Source: Sphaerodactylus townsendi (taxonomy: Eukaryota). From it: a DNA stretch of 64,000 nucleotides. The position numbers and the translations under genes were made by a program. The notes beneath the pieces were generated by a model, which was not told the DNA's origin, did not search any database, and was given only the letters and a program-made list of their open reading frames with translations. The DNA lies in NCBI RefSeq assembly GCF_021028975.2, contig NC_059429.1, positions 42,098,001 through 42,162,000 of the forward strand, read 5' to 3'. Of the stretch, positions 12,609 to 24,323 are shown piece by piece; the stretch's first letter is position 1, and the number at the start of each line of letters is the position of its first letter.

Positions 12609-12860
12609 CTGTCAGTGGTTTTCATGGCCAGAATCACCTGGATGTTGTGAGTTTTCCGAGCTGTGTGGCCCTGGTCTGGTAGTTTTAGCTCCTATCATTT
12701 CACTCATATCTGTGACTGGCATTGCCAGAGGCATGTCACAGTACAATACATATCTTACCATGACATGCCTCTGAAGATGCCAGCCATAGATGTGCATGAA
12801 ATGTTAGGCACTAAAACTGCCAGACCACAACCACAAAGCCTGAAAAAGCTACAACCACCA
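12609..12860. mobile_element. Penelope-like element terminal fold-back, decayed
   Basis: Imperfect inverted repeat containing CTGAAGATGCCAGCCATAGATGTGCATGAAATGTTAG; homologous to 27326-27549. Confidence 0.7.
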
Positions 12861-15800
12861 AAAACATCGGCCATGCTGCTTTTGGGAGGTCTCTTGTGCA
12901 ACCCAGATGACATGACATTGACAAATTTCAAATCTGACTTGACCTGTTTTATTATTTAATCAACACTATATGTTTAATCTTTTAATTAATAAGGCCCACA
13001 TAGCGTGCCTATTTATTTCCCTGGCTCGTTCAAAGGCCTGACCTGCCATGAACAATAATAGAAGACCATTTTATTGCATCCAGACTGCTCAATACCTTTT
13101 TAAAAAAAATTCAGCATGACCTAATTTATTCAAACAGCTTTGCGGCTTCCAAAACATTTAGGCAATCAATGATTTCGCTAAATAGGACAGTTATTTAAGC
13201 AGTGTCATGTTGACCTAGGGCTGCAGTAGAAGACAAACACGTGCACACACATTGTGAGCAGAGATAACTAGGGATCTGGAATAACTGAAGATCACAGTAT
13301 AGAGTTCAGCTGCAACGAATAGTGACATTGATCGTACAGACAAATTTGTAATAAACCCTTCAAAGTATCTGTCTGGCCCAATTCCTGTCCTGCCCAAAAA
13401 GGGAGTCAACGGGTACATTAGAAGAAAATTGTACATTTTTCAGTGTTAAAAGCTTTAAAATTTATAACGCTGTGTGTTTCAAAAACAATATCTTTGTTAG
13501 GGCCAGATGATATTCATGGTATAGGAGCTTTCAAACAACACAGTCCTATTCCTCCAAATGGATTTAAAAGCAAAAAAACCAGCGATGGTGCCGAAGATGT
13601 TTCTAGGAAGGGATGGCAGAGCCCCAGCGCTGAAAGCTCCTTGAAAACGGCTGGAACCAGCCAGTCCCTGTTGCCTGCTGCTTTCGGCTAGGAGTGGCGG
13701 GGTGATATGACTGAGTCACTCGCCCTGTCTCATGGCTCTTGGCGTATTTCTCAGCGGAGAAAGGCACAAAGCATGGAGAATGATGAACTTCCCCCAGAGA
13801 ATGGGATGGACAGGTGTGGAATTATATCGAATAGTGAGTGCAATAGTCTTCTACTACGTTTTCAAAATCAATGAGACTTATAACGGACTGGCACTGGAAC
13901 ATCAGCAACGTTCTGAATATTTCTGAAAAACTCGGAAATGAAAGCATCAGGATGCACTCCTTTAAAATGCAACTGCTGTCCTTGCCTTTTTGGCTGCAGG
14001 CCATTATCTTTTTTGGTCCCCTGTTTACAGATGTTCTTGTTCCTTTATTCGTGCACCAGAGCAATTCCAAAACAGTGAGCAATTGCATCATTCTCATCTG
14101 CTTGCTTGTCATTTGCAGTCGTCACCGAACATTCGTGAAGGCCTCCACTCAAATCAGCAGACTACAGCTGACTGACACTTAAAATCATTTAGAATTTTCT
14201 CATGAGCTGTTTTAGGTAATCATGATGTCGCTTGGCTGTGTCAACTAAACACGTGAATAGAACGTGGGGATCTTTTTATCAGAGTGTTCACTACTGAGTG
14301 GAGCATCTGCCTTCTATTTTTAAAAAGTTGATTTTAAATATGGCTAATTTATACTTGGAAGAATGACAGGGGCCATCTTGAGAGAGACTTGAAGGGGACA
14401 TTCTTCATATTGCCTTACGATGCAGAACTTCTACACTCCATCTGATTTTTTTTTTGTGGGAAAACCTATTTGAAATCTTAATTCACTGTGCACACCACAC
14501 CCCAACTCTTTCAAGCCTACTTTTATAAGGAGAATCAGTGAAAAGGGACTTTTCCTTTGTTCTGACATATAAAGAAGATGTTTCTAAGCACGGATATGAC
14601 GTTTAAGCTATCTATACTTTGTAACAGAGGAAATAAAGGAAGCCATTGCAGACCTATCTATGCTTGGGAGTAGTCTTCACTGAACTCAGTAGGCTTTCTT
14701 GGTGAACATAATACAGGATCAACTCAATTAATAGGCCACATGGATGCATGTGAGGAAAGAGAAAGGAAATGGCAGACCTGCCTTTGGAAATATGAAAGAA
14801 GCCAGTGGCAAATCTTACTTGGTTTTCCCGATGGAGACATTTTGGTTTTAAGAAAAGTCACAGCCTTTGCTCAGCAAAAGAAACCCATGGCTGGACCAGG
14901 ATCCTGTGGCCAAACCAATATGGCAATCCAGTTGGATGCAAAGTTGTATGCACAAGACAGTGATGATCTGGGCTCCGCCTGACAAGATACCCACTTAGAT
15001 GTGGATGGGGCTCTCCTTCCCCATCAACGGCTACTAAGTGTTGCACCAACAAAGGACACACAAAACAAGAGCTGGATCAGACTAGACTACAGAGGGAATG
15101 ACATGGCATGAGAAAAAGGCCAGGAAATAGCACTTCTATCATCCATTCCTTTTACCCCCTCCCCCGCAAAAAATCACATTATCTCTTCCCGTCATGATCC
15201 CACTACTAATAGCATTATATTGCCTTAAATTGCTGCATTTTCTTTTTAAAATATTAGCTCTTGGCACTTAGCAACAATTAACAAGTCTGGTGTTGTTGAG
15301 CTCACTACAACAACTGACTTCATTTTCCTATAGGTCCAGTGCAATTGCAGTTATAGCCACCCAGTAATTCGACTAATTGAATATTCTAGCAGAAGGTGAA
15401 CAGGCAAGCTCTTAGTCTTTGATATCCTCACATCACAGAGCATGCCATTTCCTGTTGTTGAAAATTCTTCATCCTTGACAACGAAATTAACAATACTTGC
15501 AGAATTGAGGTTGTAGGCCAGATTCTTGGCTGACTCAGATGCATATTCCTCTACAACACCTACAGCCTCTCAGAGATTTATGTTTTATGTTCCCTTTGCT
15601 TTATAATGAATTATCTCAGTGATTCCAAACTTAATTGGCAGCAGCATAATGTTAAATAAAAAATACACTTCCTTGCCTTGGTTTTCCTGTCCCTCTTCCT
15701 TGAAACTGAATTTATTTCTATAAATAATTCTTAAGAAGAGCCTTGCTGTATTAAACCAAGGGGTCACCTAACCAGCGTCTGTTTCCAGCAGTGCTTGCTA

Positions 15801-17127
15801 GCCAGATGCCTTCAGGAAATACACAAGCAGGATATTAAGGAAACATCCTTCTCCCTCCCTTAGGGTTTCTCCCTAGCATCTGGTGCTCGGGGAAACTGAC
15901 ACTATGCATGCAAGTGCCCACAAAGTTCAATAAGAGTAATTCCTGAGTTAAAATTCTAAGTGAAAAAGAGGTATTTTCAAAGGCTTTCCCAGCTGTAATT
16001 AACTGGCTAGAATTAACAGTAAATGGATGTGAAATGTTAGGAGCAAAACTTTCACGCTCTGTGCCTCACCCACTGCTACCACACAACACACATACTCTCA
16101 TACACATCCAGCTCATCCTCACACACCTCACTCTGCCCTCCCTCACATCCAGCCACCACTTACCCACTTCCTTACCCATATTCGCCACAGCTCTCTTTTA
16201 CTAAAAGCGAGCTGGGGTTTGCCTTTTTCTTCTAAGAAAATCCGTGGGGTGGGGGCGAACCAACACTACTGGCTCTGCTTCTTTTGCACATGACCCTTTA
16301 AGAACCCAGGGAGCTGGCCTAGAGATGCTGTTATTTTCAGTAGAGCTTTTCAGACATTACTATCAGATGTACTAGGAAGCAACAAACTATGTATAGCCCT
16401 TCTCAATGGATGCAGCTGACATGTTGTGTGAACAGGGGCAATGCAGACATTGACCTTTGGCATGTAGCTCCAGTATGTGTGAGCTGATCACTGGATTTTT
16501 TCAAGGACTCCTGTTTATTTATACTGAAGTTGGACATACTTGTTAAGTAATTGTGGTTCTTCTTACACATAAAGACTGTGATATCAGGAAGACTGGGGCA
16601 CCACATACTCCCAGTATATGCAGTTTGTAGGCTCCTGGTAAGTGCAATTGTAACATCTGAAAGGGATTCTGATCTTCATAAAATGCATCTGGATGGTGTG
16701 AGCATTATCTTGGTGAAAACTGATGATATAATTATGTGATAGAAATAAGGTGGACATTTGCTTCCGATTAAATTCCAATACGGGCTAATATGGTTATTAT
16801 AACCTTTGCCTTCAATAGCATTTTCAAAAGATTGCAAAGCCGGAGCTTAACTATTGTTGGCAACCACACTAAAACTCCATTCAGAGAATATTACTGAACC
16901 AGATATATTATCTGTTTGTTTATTATCTGCTTACAGGTATATTATCTGCTTACAGGCATATTCACCGCTATTTCAAAGGTGAATTGATGGATGAGGTGCA
17001 GATTTCCAGCACTTGCTCCAACTCACTTTTTCACCGGGGAGTTGGATTAGACTGTTTTTCTTATTAACTTACGTACTTCCACAGGAATAGTTTTTGCCTG
17101 TTTCACAGGCTATTGATTGATTTCTGA

Positions 17128-17250
17128 GCATTATTCAAACCTTACCTTTAAAGCCCTAAATAATCTGGGACTTGGATATCATAAGAATCTTTTTCTCCCA
17201 TATAAGCCTACCTGAGTATTAAGATCTGCTACAGAGGTATTACGATGCAT
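17128..17250 (+). mobile_element. L2 LINE ORF2 3' relic
   Basis: ACCTTTAAAGCCCTAAATAATCTGGGACTTGGATAT translates as TFKALNNLGLGY, a typical L2 C-terminal motif. Confidence 0.6.
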
Positions 17251-19036
17251 GACTCCATTCAGGGAGGTAAGATGCATGACTTCAGTCATAGAATTCCTTG
17301 CAGGGCCAAGGTAAAATATTTTTAACCTAATTTACTTCCATTTATTTATTTTTATTGTGGGTGACCAAGTAACAGTCTTCAATTTCTCTGTTGATCTGAT
17401 TATTTGATCAGACGGGGAAAAAATAGATGCTTTATTTTTATATGCCACAAAGTTTGTTATAATCTTACGTGCTATTAATGCTTTTATTGTTTCACAAAGA
17501 AACAAAACACTGGTAAACTTTTATATGCTATTTTAGGGATTGTATTATTGCTGCTTTGATCATTTTAATGACTGTTTGGTAACCAATCATTCATTAGTGG
17601 GGTGGCTATGGTAGTATGCTGCAACAAAAGAGACAGTGGCATCAGAAACTCCAGCATATGCATATGCAGTCTATAGTCCAAACAAGTTTGCTTTGGAATA
17701 AAATGTTGGTAGTCCGTAAAGCATCACTAGAGTTCTCATAATTTTTACTGCTTGACTCTTTGTGCTGGTTGGTTTTGGAGTTTTTAATGTTTTAATTTCT
17801 TTTTAATGATGCTGTTTATCTGGATATGGTTTTTCTGTGTGCCTCTCTGAGAGCTGATGTTAAAAATAAACACTTAAAATAAAGTAAAAATAGACTCGAA
17901 CTGAGCAAGTGGCTTCTTGTGAACCAGCGAAGCCTTAATGCATTCTTCATTTTGTAGCAAGACTGCAGTTATCATTTTATCAAAAAACTTTGCCAGGTTA
18001 AGCAGTGGCCCAGTGGCATATGCTAGCAAAGCAAAGCAAAGTTGCGCTAATTCCCTTCCTTTGTTTTTCTCTCTTCTCAGGGGGTCATCTGTACTAACAA
18101 TTCAGACCACAAGCCTGATAAGTGGAGATTTAGAAACTTACTAACTAATTACAGTGTTTACAATCCACAACCTGTTTGCTGGCACCATCAAGCAAACTGC
18201 AGCCTCTCGAGTACACCCAAAGATGTTTGCTGGCAGGAGCTTGTGAAGGTTCCAGGCTGGTTACATTAATTACTGTTAACTTAATTTTTATGCATTAGGC
18301 AGAAGCTTTTAACTGGCTGTTGGAAAGGATTAAAATCACCCATTTGAAAATTTTAAAAACACAGAGTCCCTAGTTAGGTAATCTTTGCAATAGGACTGCT
18401 TAGAAGAAAGGTTGGCCATAAGTTGTGGAAGGAAGGGAGGGAGAGAAGAGCTCTTGTCTCCCTTTTGACATAGAAGTACCCATTCTAACCAGGGAAATTT
18501 GTTCCATCACACCACTTTTCAGGGAGCACCCAGCCAGGGCTTTCAGTAATGGTTCAGCATGAACATCTTGTACTTGACATGTTGGCTTTTACATCCTAAG
18601 ATAAATTATGAAGGATCCGAATCTTTGATTAAACATCACTGCACTTCATAAATTATATTAAATGTCTGCATTCCGTAGGCTGTTCAGGGATGGCTAAATC
18701 CTAAATTCAAAACTTAAAGTATGTTTTGACAACTCCCTCACAGAGGGGCAAGCTTTAGGGACTTGCAGTAAGGGCTTCACAACAACAGCATATGAGGTTC
18801 AGGAGGTATGAGGTCATCAGATGGATGAAACTGTGGCTCCCATTTGCAGAAAGACTGCTTTACTGTGCAACGGTGGACTTTTTGTGTCCTTTTGTTTTCA
18901 AGACATACAGTATTAACAGATTGCTGTATTAATCAGATTTTTTTTAAAAAATGATATGTGCATCTGGTTTTTCTGCTACAAAAAAAGGCACAGGCTGCAG
19001 TGAAAAGACAGGTGCAGTGTTCATGAACGTTTAGAC

Positions 19037-19182
19037 CCGTGTTGGCGAACCTTTGGCACTCCAGATGTTATGGACTACAATTCCCATCAGCCCCTGCCAG
19101 CATGGCCAATTGGCCATGCTGGCAGGGGCTGATGGGAATTGTAGTCCATAACATCTGGAGTGCCAAAGGTTCGCCACTACAG
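19037..19182. mobile_element. palindromic hAT-like MITE
   Basis: Perfect 134-bp palindrome at 19043-19176 with an 8-bp TSD GTTTAGAC (19029-19036, 19183-19190). Confidence 0.93.
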
Positions 19183-19855
19183 GTTTAGACACTGAGCCTT
19201 CCACAGTGCCATCCTAAGCAGAGTTATAACATTTTAAGCTCAATTTAAAGGGTGCTGCTCTTCTTAGAATTGAGCTGTCAGAGCTAGAGAAGCCAACCTC
19301 ATCCAGGTTTGTCATTTCCAGTGGTTGTGCGGCATAAGATATCATTTCGTGTGCCCACATGAATTTCCATCAGTTAAGCTTAAGTTCTTGCCATATCAAA
19401 TACTTAAACAACAGCAGCCCTATTCATGATTTGAAAAGCTGTTGATTTTTTTTAAAGAGTGTAACAAAAATGTTGTCCTGTTCTCATTTCCCACCGACAC
19501 TACTGACTCATGATCTGCAGAAGTAAAAGTCAGACTAATCTTTAGTATCATCTCAAATTATTTCTAAGGCTGCTGTGGCCCAATACAGAGTGGAAGTAGG
19601 ATAATGGCTAAGGATGTCAACCAACATAATGTTGGAGAACCGGGAGCACATCACAAAGTTTAGCCACAGCCTGCACCCACTGACAAGCCTGGCGTGGTTT
19701 GGGGATGTGATAATAGGAAAGGGTATCTCAGTACACCTATAAATAGAAAAGGATGATACTACTGAACATGCAGGGTTGTTCTAAGAAGTGCTTGGATAAC
19801 AGATGGGAATGAACATGTAAAGCTACTTAATCCTGAGTCAGACCACTGGTTCGTT

Positions 19856-20370
19856 GGCCTTTTTTGCACAAGCCAATGAAAACATTTGTAAAACAGTCAC
19901 AAAATGTTTTCAATCTCCTCAGTTTGTTCACATTCACCCCCCAAAACAATTTCTAGCCACCATTTTGGAATTGTTCTGTTGTTTTTATACTTCCCTGTAG
20001 AACTGATGCCTCAAAACCTCATGCTGCAACACTTTATAGGTTGTGTACTCACAGCTTCAAAGATATCAACCCCCTCTATAATAAAAACAAACTGATGAAA
20101 ATAAACAGGCGAGATAATGGAGCAAGCTCAGAAAATGGTGCCAAGGAGAAACTCTGGGGACTGCATGGGAAATTATTTAAAGAGATATGCACAGCAAGTT
20201 AAAATGTTTTAAATGTGTCTCAACAAAAGAATTGCTAAAATCGAGGAAGCATTTAAAATGCTTTCAGGCTAGAAATAAAACCTTTTGAGCTAAAAACGGT
20301 GTGGAACCCTTGGAGGAAACATTTTATTTCCTGCCTCAAAACGTTTTATTTTGGTTGTGTGGAAAAGGCC
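19856..20370. mobile_element. non-autonomous DNA transposon (same family as 3782-4306, inverted), inserted in a tRNA-derived SINE
   Basis: Ends GGCCTTTTTTGCACA / TGTGTGGAAAAGGCC. SINE pieces flank it at ~19810-19855 and ~20371-20510. Confidence 0.65.
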
Positions 20371-20762
20371 AAGGTCAGCATTGTCTACTCTGGCAGCAGC
20401 TTTCCAGGGTCTCAAATACAGATCTCAGCACCTGCTACCTGATCTTTCCAATTGAAGACTCTGGTCTTCTGTATGCAAAGCAGATGTTTTGGCCCTGAGC
20501 CTCAGCATCTCCCCAAATATTTTTATCATTCTGGGAAAGTGCCATATAAATGTTGCTATTTTAACACAGACACTTTATTTGTTCCTTTGCAAATCCTCTA
20601 TATATGAAACTTCCAATGAAGTCAATGTATATGAATGTGTCAATCAGTAATGATTGTCCTACAGAAGTATTCCACAATCATGTAAAAGGCTGCCTCACAC
20701 ATAACCTCTAATTTACCATACTTAGATATGGGAAGGAACCCCCCCCCCCGTGTACATTAGCA

Positions 20763-22317
20763 CAGGGGTGTATCTGCAATGGGGACATGGGGAGACAAAT
20801 GTCCCCAGGTGCCCCTCATTTGGCCATGTGGGGGTGCAAAAATTCAGGTTCGTTTGTGTGTTTTTTGTAATTTTAGTGTTTTTTAGTTTTTGGCCTGCAG
20901 GGGGTGCAGTTTTTAGGCTAGCAGCACCTCAATTTCAGGGATTTGTTGGGAGACTCTCCTGCTGACACCACCTAGGTTTGGTGAGGTTTAGTTCAAGGGG
21001 TCCAAAGTTATGGACTCCCAAAGGGGGTGCCTCCATCCTCCATTGTTTCCAATGGGAGCTAATAGGAGATGGGGGCTACACTTTAGTGGGTCCATAACTT
21101 TGGACCCCCTGAACCAAACTTCACCAAACCTGGACAGTATCATCCTAAAGTATCATCCTAAAGTTATCCTGAAAGTTTGGTGCTGCTAGTTTAACAATTG
21201 CACCCCTGACAGCAGGCACCCCCCAAATTTCCCCAGATTCTCCTTTTAAATCCACTCCCTTCGGCATGGATTTAAAGGGAGAGTCTGAGGTCCCCAGTTT
21301 AAACATTGAAAGTGATGTTGTTTCAGTGTGGGGGATAGTCCACCCCAAAATAGCATCACTTTCAATGTTGTTTTAACTGGGGACTCCAGATTCTCCCTTG
21401 AAGGTGGATTTAAAAAGAGAATCTGGGCTCCCTAGTTTAAACACCATTGAAAGTGATACTGCTTGGGGGTGGATTCCAGCATCACAGTGGCCACCCATGG
21501 GGGCCCCCCGCAAAACTCAGATTTTGCACCGGGCTCCATTTTCCCTAGCTATACCTCTGCCTGGAGGAGAGGGCAGAAGGTGGGGGGCGGGCGGGGCAGG
21601 GGAGTCTGCTGACCCTGGCCTCAGAGAGCTGCTTTTATAAGCACTGAGGCTGGGAGTGGGGCTTGGTGATGTGTGGCCATGCCCCCAGGGGCAGGTTGAG
21701 GCGTGGCCCCACCCCCAAACCCACCCCATTAAAAATCTATACCTACATCACTATGTGGGACCTACCTGAAATGGCCCACCAAAGATTCCCTTTGATTGTC
21801 TTTTTTTCAAAATCACCACTATCCTATTTGAGCACTTTACGTTTATGTACAATGACTTCAAGCATTCTGGTTGTTAAGGGTAACGTCAGGCTTTTTAAAG
21901 GTGGATTTAAAAGGAGAATCTGGGCTCCCTAGTTTAGACACCATTGAAAGTAATGTTGTTTGGGTGTGGATTCCACTGGAGATGTTTTGTGAGAGATGAT
22001 GCTGACATTTATTTGGTAAATGTTTTGCTGGGGGTGATTTGTGAGAGATTTACCTGCTTAATACCCACTTGCACTGGCTTGCAGCTGTTTCTCGGGCTAA
22101 CAACCTACTTCATAGGATTGGTGTGAGGACAAAATTAGGAAAGAGAGTTGGTGGGGAGAAAGATATGAATGTTTTGCTGGGGGTGGGAGGTGTTTTGTGA
22201 ACTGGTGCAAAAAAATCATTGTTTGGTCGTGGTAGGGGAGGGTGACCGCCCATATTGGGGGGGGGCACCAAACTCAGGTTTTGTCCCCAGGCTCCAGTTT
22301 GCCTAGATACCCCTCTG
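20763..22317. mobile_element. 1.55-kb composite non-autonomous hAT element
   Basis: Ends CAGGGGTGTATCT / AGATACCCCTCTG with a perfect TSD CATTAGCA (20755-20762, 22318-22325). Contains an internal palindrome and repeated GGAGAATCTGGG..CCCAGTTTAAACA..ATTGAAAGTGAT units. Confidence 0.9.
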
Positions 22318-24194
22318 CATTAGCATATTCTACTGCATGTCTGCTCTGCTGCATTCATGTGTTCAGAAGCTGTTGCTTGCTCTTTTTGGTCACATTAGAA
22401 GGCTAGAAAAAGAGTTGGATACACATCAAACATTATGGCTGTTAGCAGGTACATGGCAAATTTGCAACATGTATCTATTAAAATAGTGCAAATGATCACA
22501 TAAAACAAAACAATTCCACAAACTAGGGATGACAAATAGAAGCAATTTTTATCTAGCCTGTGGCTACTCCACCAAATTTTAATCAAGGTGCAGTAAAAAA
22601 AAATGTATGTTGACCATTTTGTTCATAAGAACAAAACTGCTTCCACATATTGCAAGGCAGAAATATTCCTAATTCAATGTTAACTTTCCTTTGGGTTTTA
22701 GATAAATTATCATGCACCATGCTTGGACATGTTTGTAGGCCTAATATGTTTATCTGTGTGCCTACCATAACCAAGGCTGTCCGCTGGCTAATTGTGACTC
22801 TCAGTTAGAGCTGGCTCAAAGAACACTGGTTTCTGCAAGAAAATGCATTTCTGGCCCTCACACTGAATGGAGAACACATCAGTGTCCTTCCCAAACACCA
22901 ACATTGTCTCTCTACCATAAACAGTTTACGGACATGCATAGTTTAACTGCAATCTCACACTTCACTGAAGGCGAAAGACAGAAGTTTACATTTAATCCTC
23001 AGGCATGATTCAGAACACAAAATACCGTTTTCCTATTTGTACATTTCAGTAAAACACTGAACTCCACAAAGGCTTTCTTAATTTCCAAATGGTTGTTTAT
23101 TGTTGCTCCCTATCAGCTTCCAAAAGCACCATGTTCTAACTTGATTTATTTATTCCCAATAGAATTCTCAGCTGACAATCACAGCATTGTCCTCAGAAGC
23201 TGTCTTGAATTTGTAGAGACAACTGATTTTTTTCTCACAAACAGAATGGAATCTCCTGTTCAGTAACAAGGAAGGTATCTTCTGTTATTGCTCCCTTTTC
23301 CACAACTGGCCCAAGGACACCAATGGGACCTTGAAAGTCACCACAGCAAGCACGGTTGTTCCTAAGGCAGGAATTCAGTTGCACAAAGCCCAGCGACAAT
23401 AAACTGGGAATGGCACATACAGCTCCATTTTCTAGGAGCAGTTCCCAATGATTGTGCCCAGCGGTGACAAATTACAGTTGACATGAAATGTACGTTGACA
23501 GCCGAAACTGGATTTAAGCTCTATTTACGGTAAATGGATAAAGGCTTTTTGGGTCATTGCCCAAAACTCAAATATTATGTTTGATTTTTGGCAAAGATGG
23601 ACAAGAATCTGGCATGGCTATAAATCTACTCTGCCCCACACTTGCTGAATGTCTCCCTCCAAAGCAAGTTAATGAATCAAAATTACTTTAACTGAGAGAG
23701 AACAAAATTGTTGGTGTCTGTTTCTCCTCTACCAGGAATCAGTTTTCCTTGGCCTTGCCCTGCCTCAGAATACAGGCTCACCTGAAGACACTTGACCTTT
23801 TCTGACCCCCAAGGTCTGTATCAATGGAAACAGGAAGAGGCTGCTTGGCTTGACTTTGACCCTTGTCCTTGTCCTACACTTGTCTGCCTATGTCATTAGA
23901 TTGTTCCCCTCCTATTTGCCCCTTTTCATTTCTCCTTATCCACAATAATAGCCTTACTTTCTATTAACAATTATGTTATATCACTTCCTTTAGCAACAAT
24001 AATGTTAAAATAAAAAGCTGAGCCTTTTTAAATCTTGAAATTGCCATTTCCTCCAAGGACAATGTATATGAGGTCATTATATTTCATCCTACCAGGGACT
24101 CTGGGAGCCAAATAAATTGAATCTTGCCTAAGGCCTATCTATACTAAACACAGTCCTTAGGTTGAGTCCACCACTGTAAGTCAGACATGCCCTT

Positions 24195-24323
24195 GCAGGG
24201 TATAATGCCACAGAGTCCGCCCTCCAAAGCAGCCATTTTCCCCAGGGTAAATGACCTCTGTTACCTAGAGATTAGTTCTAATTCAAGGAGATGCCCAGAC
24301 TCCATCTGGAGGCTGGCAATACT
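24195..24323. mobile_element. partial hAT MITE (AGGGTTGCCA family)
   Basis: GGGTATAATGCCACAGAGTCC...CAAAGCAGCCATTTTC...GGAGGCTGGCAATACTA. Confidence 0.65.

Noticed and set aside
21230-21970. Repeated ~45-bp units resembling a CRISPR-like array
   Set aside because: Eukaryotic DNA; the units are irregular, partly inverted, and internal to a hAT element.
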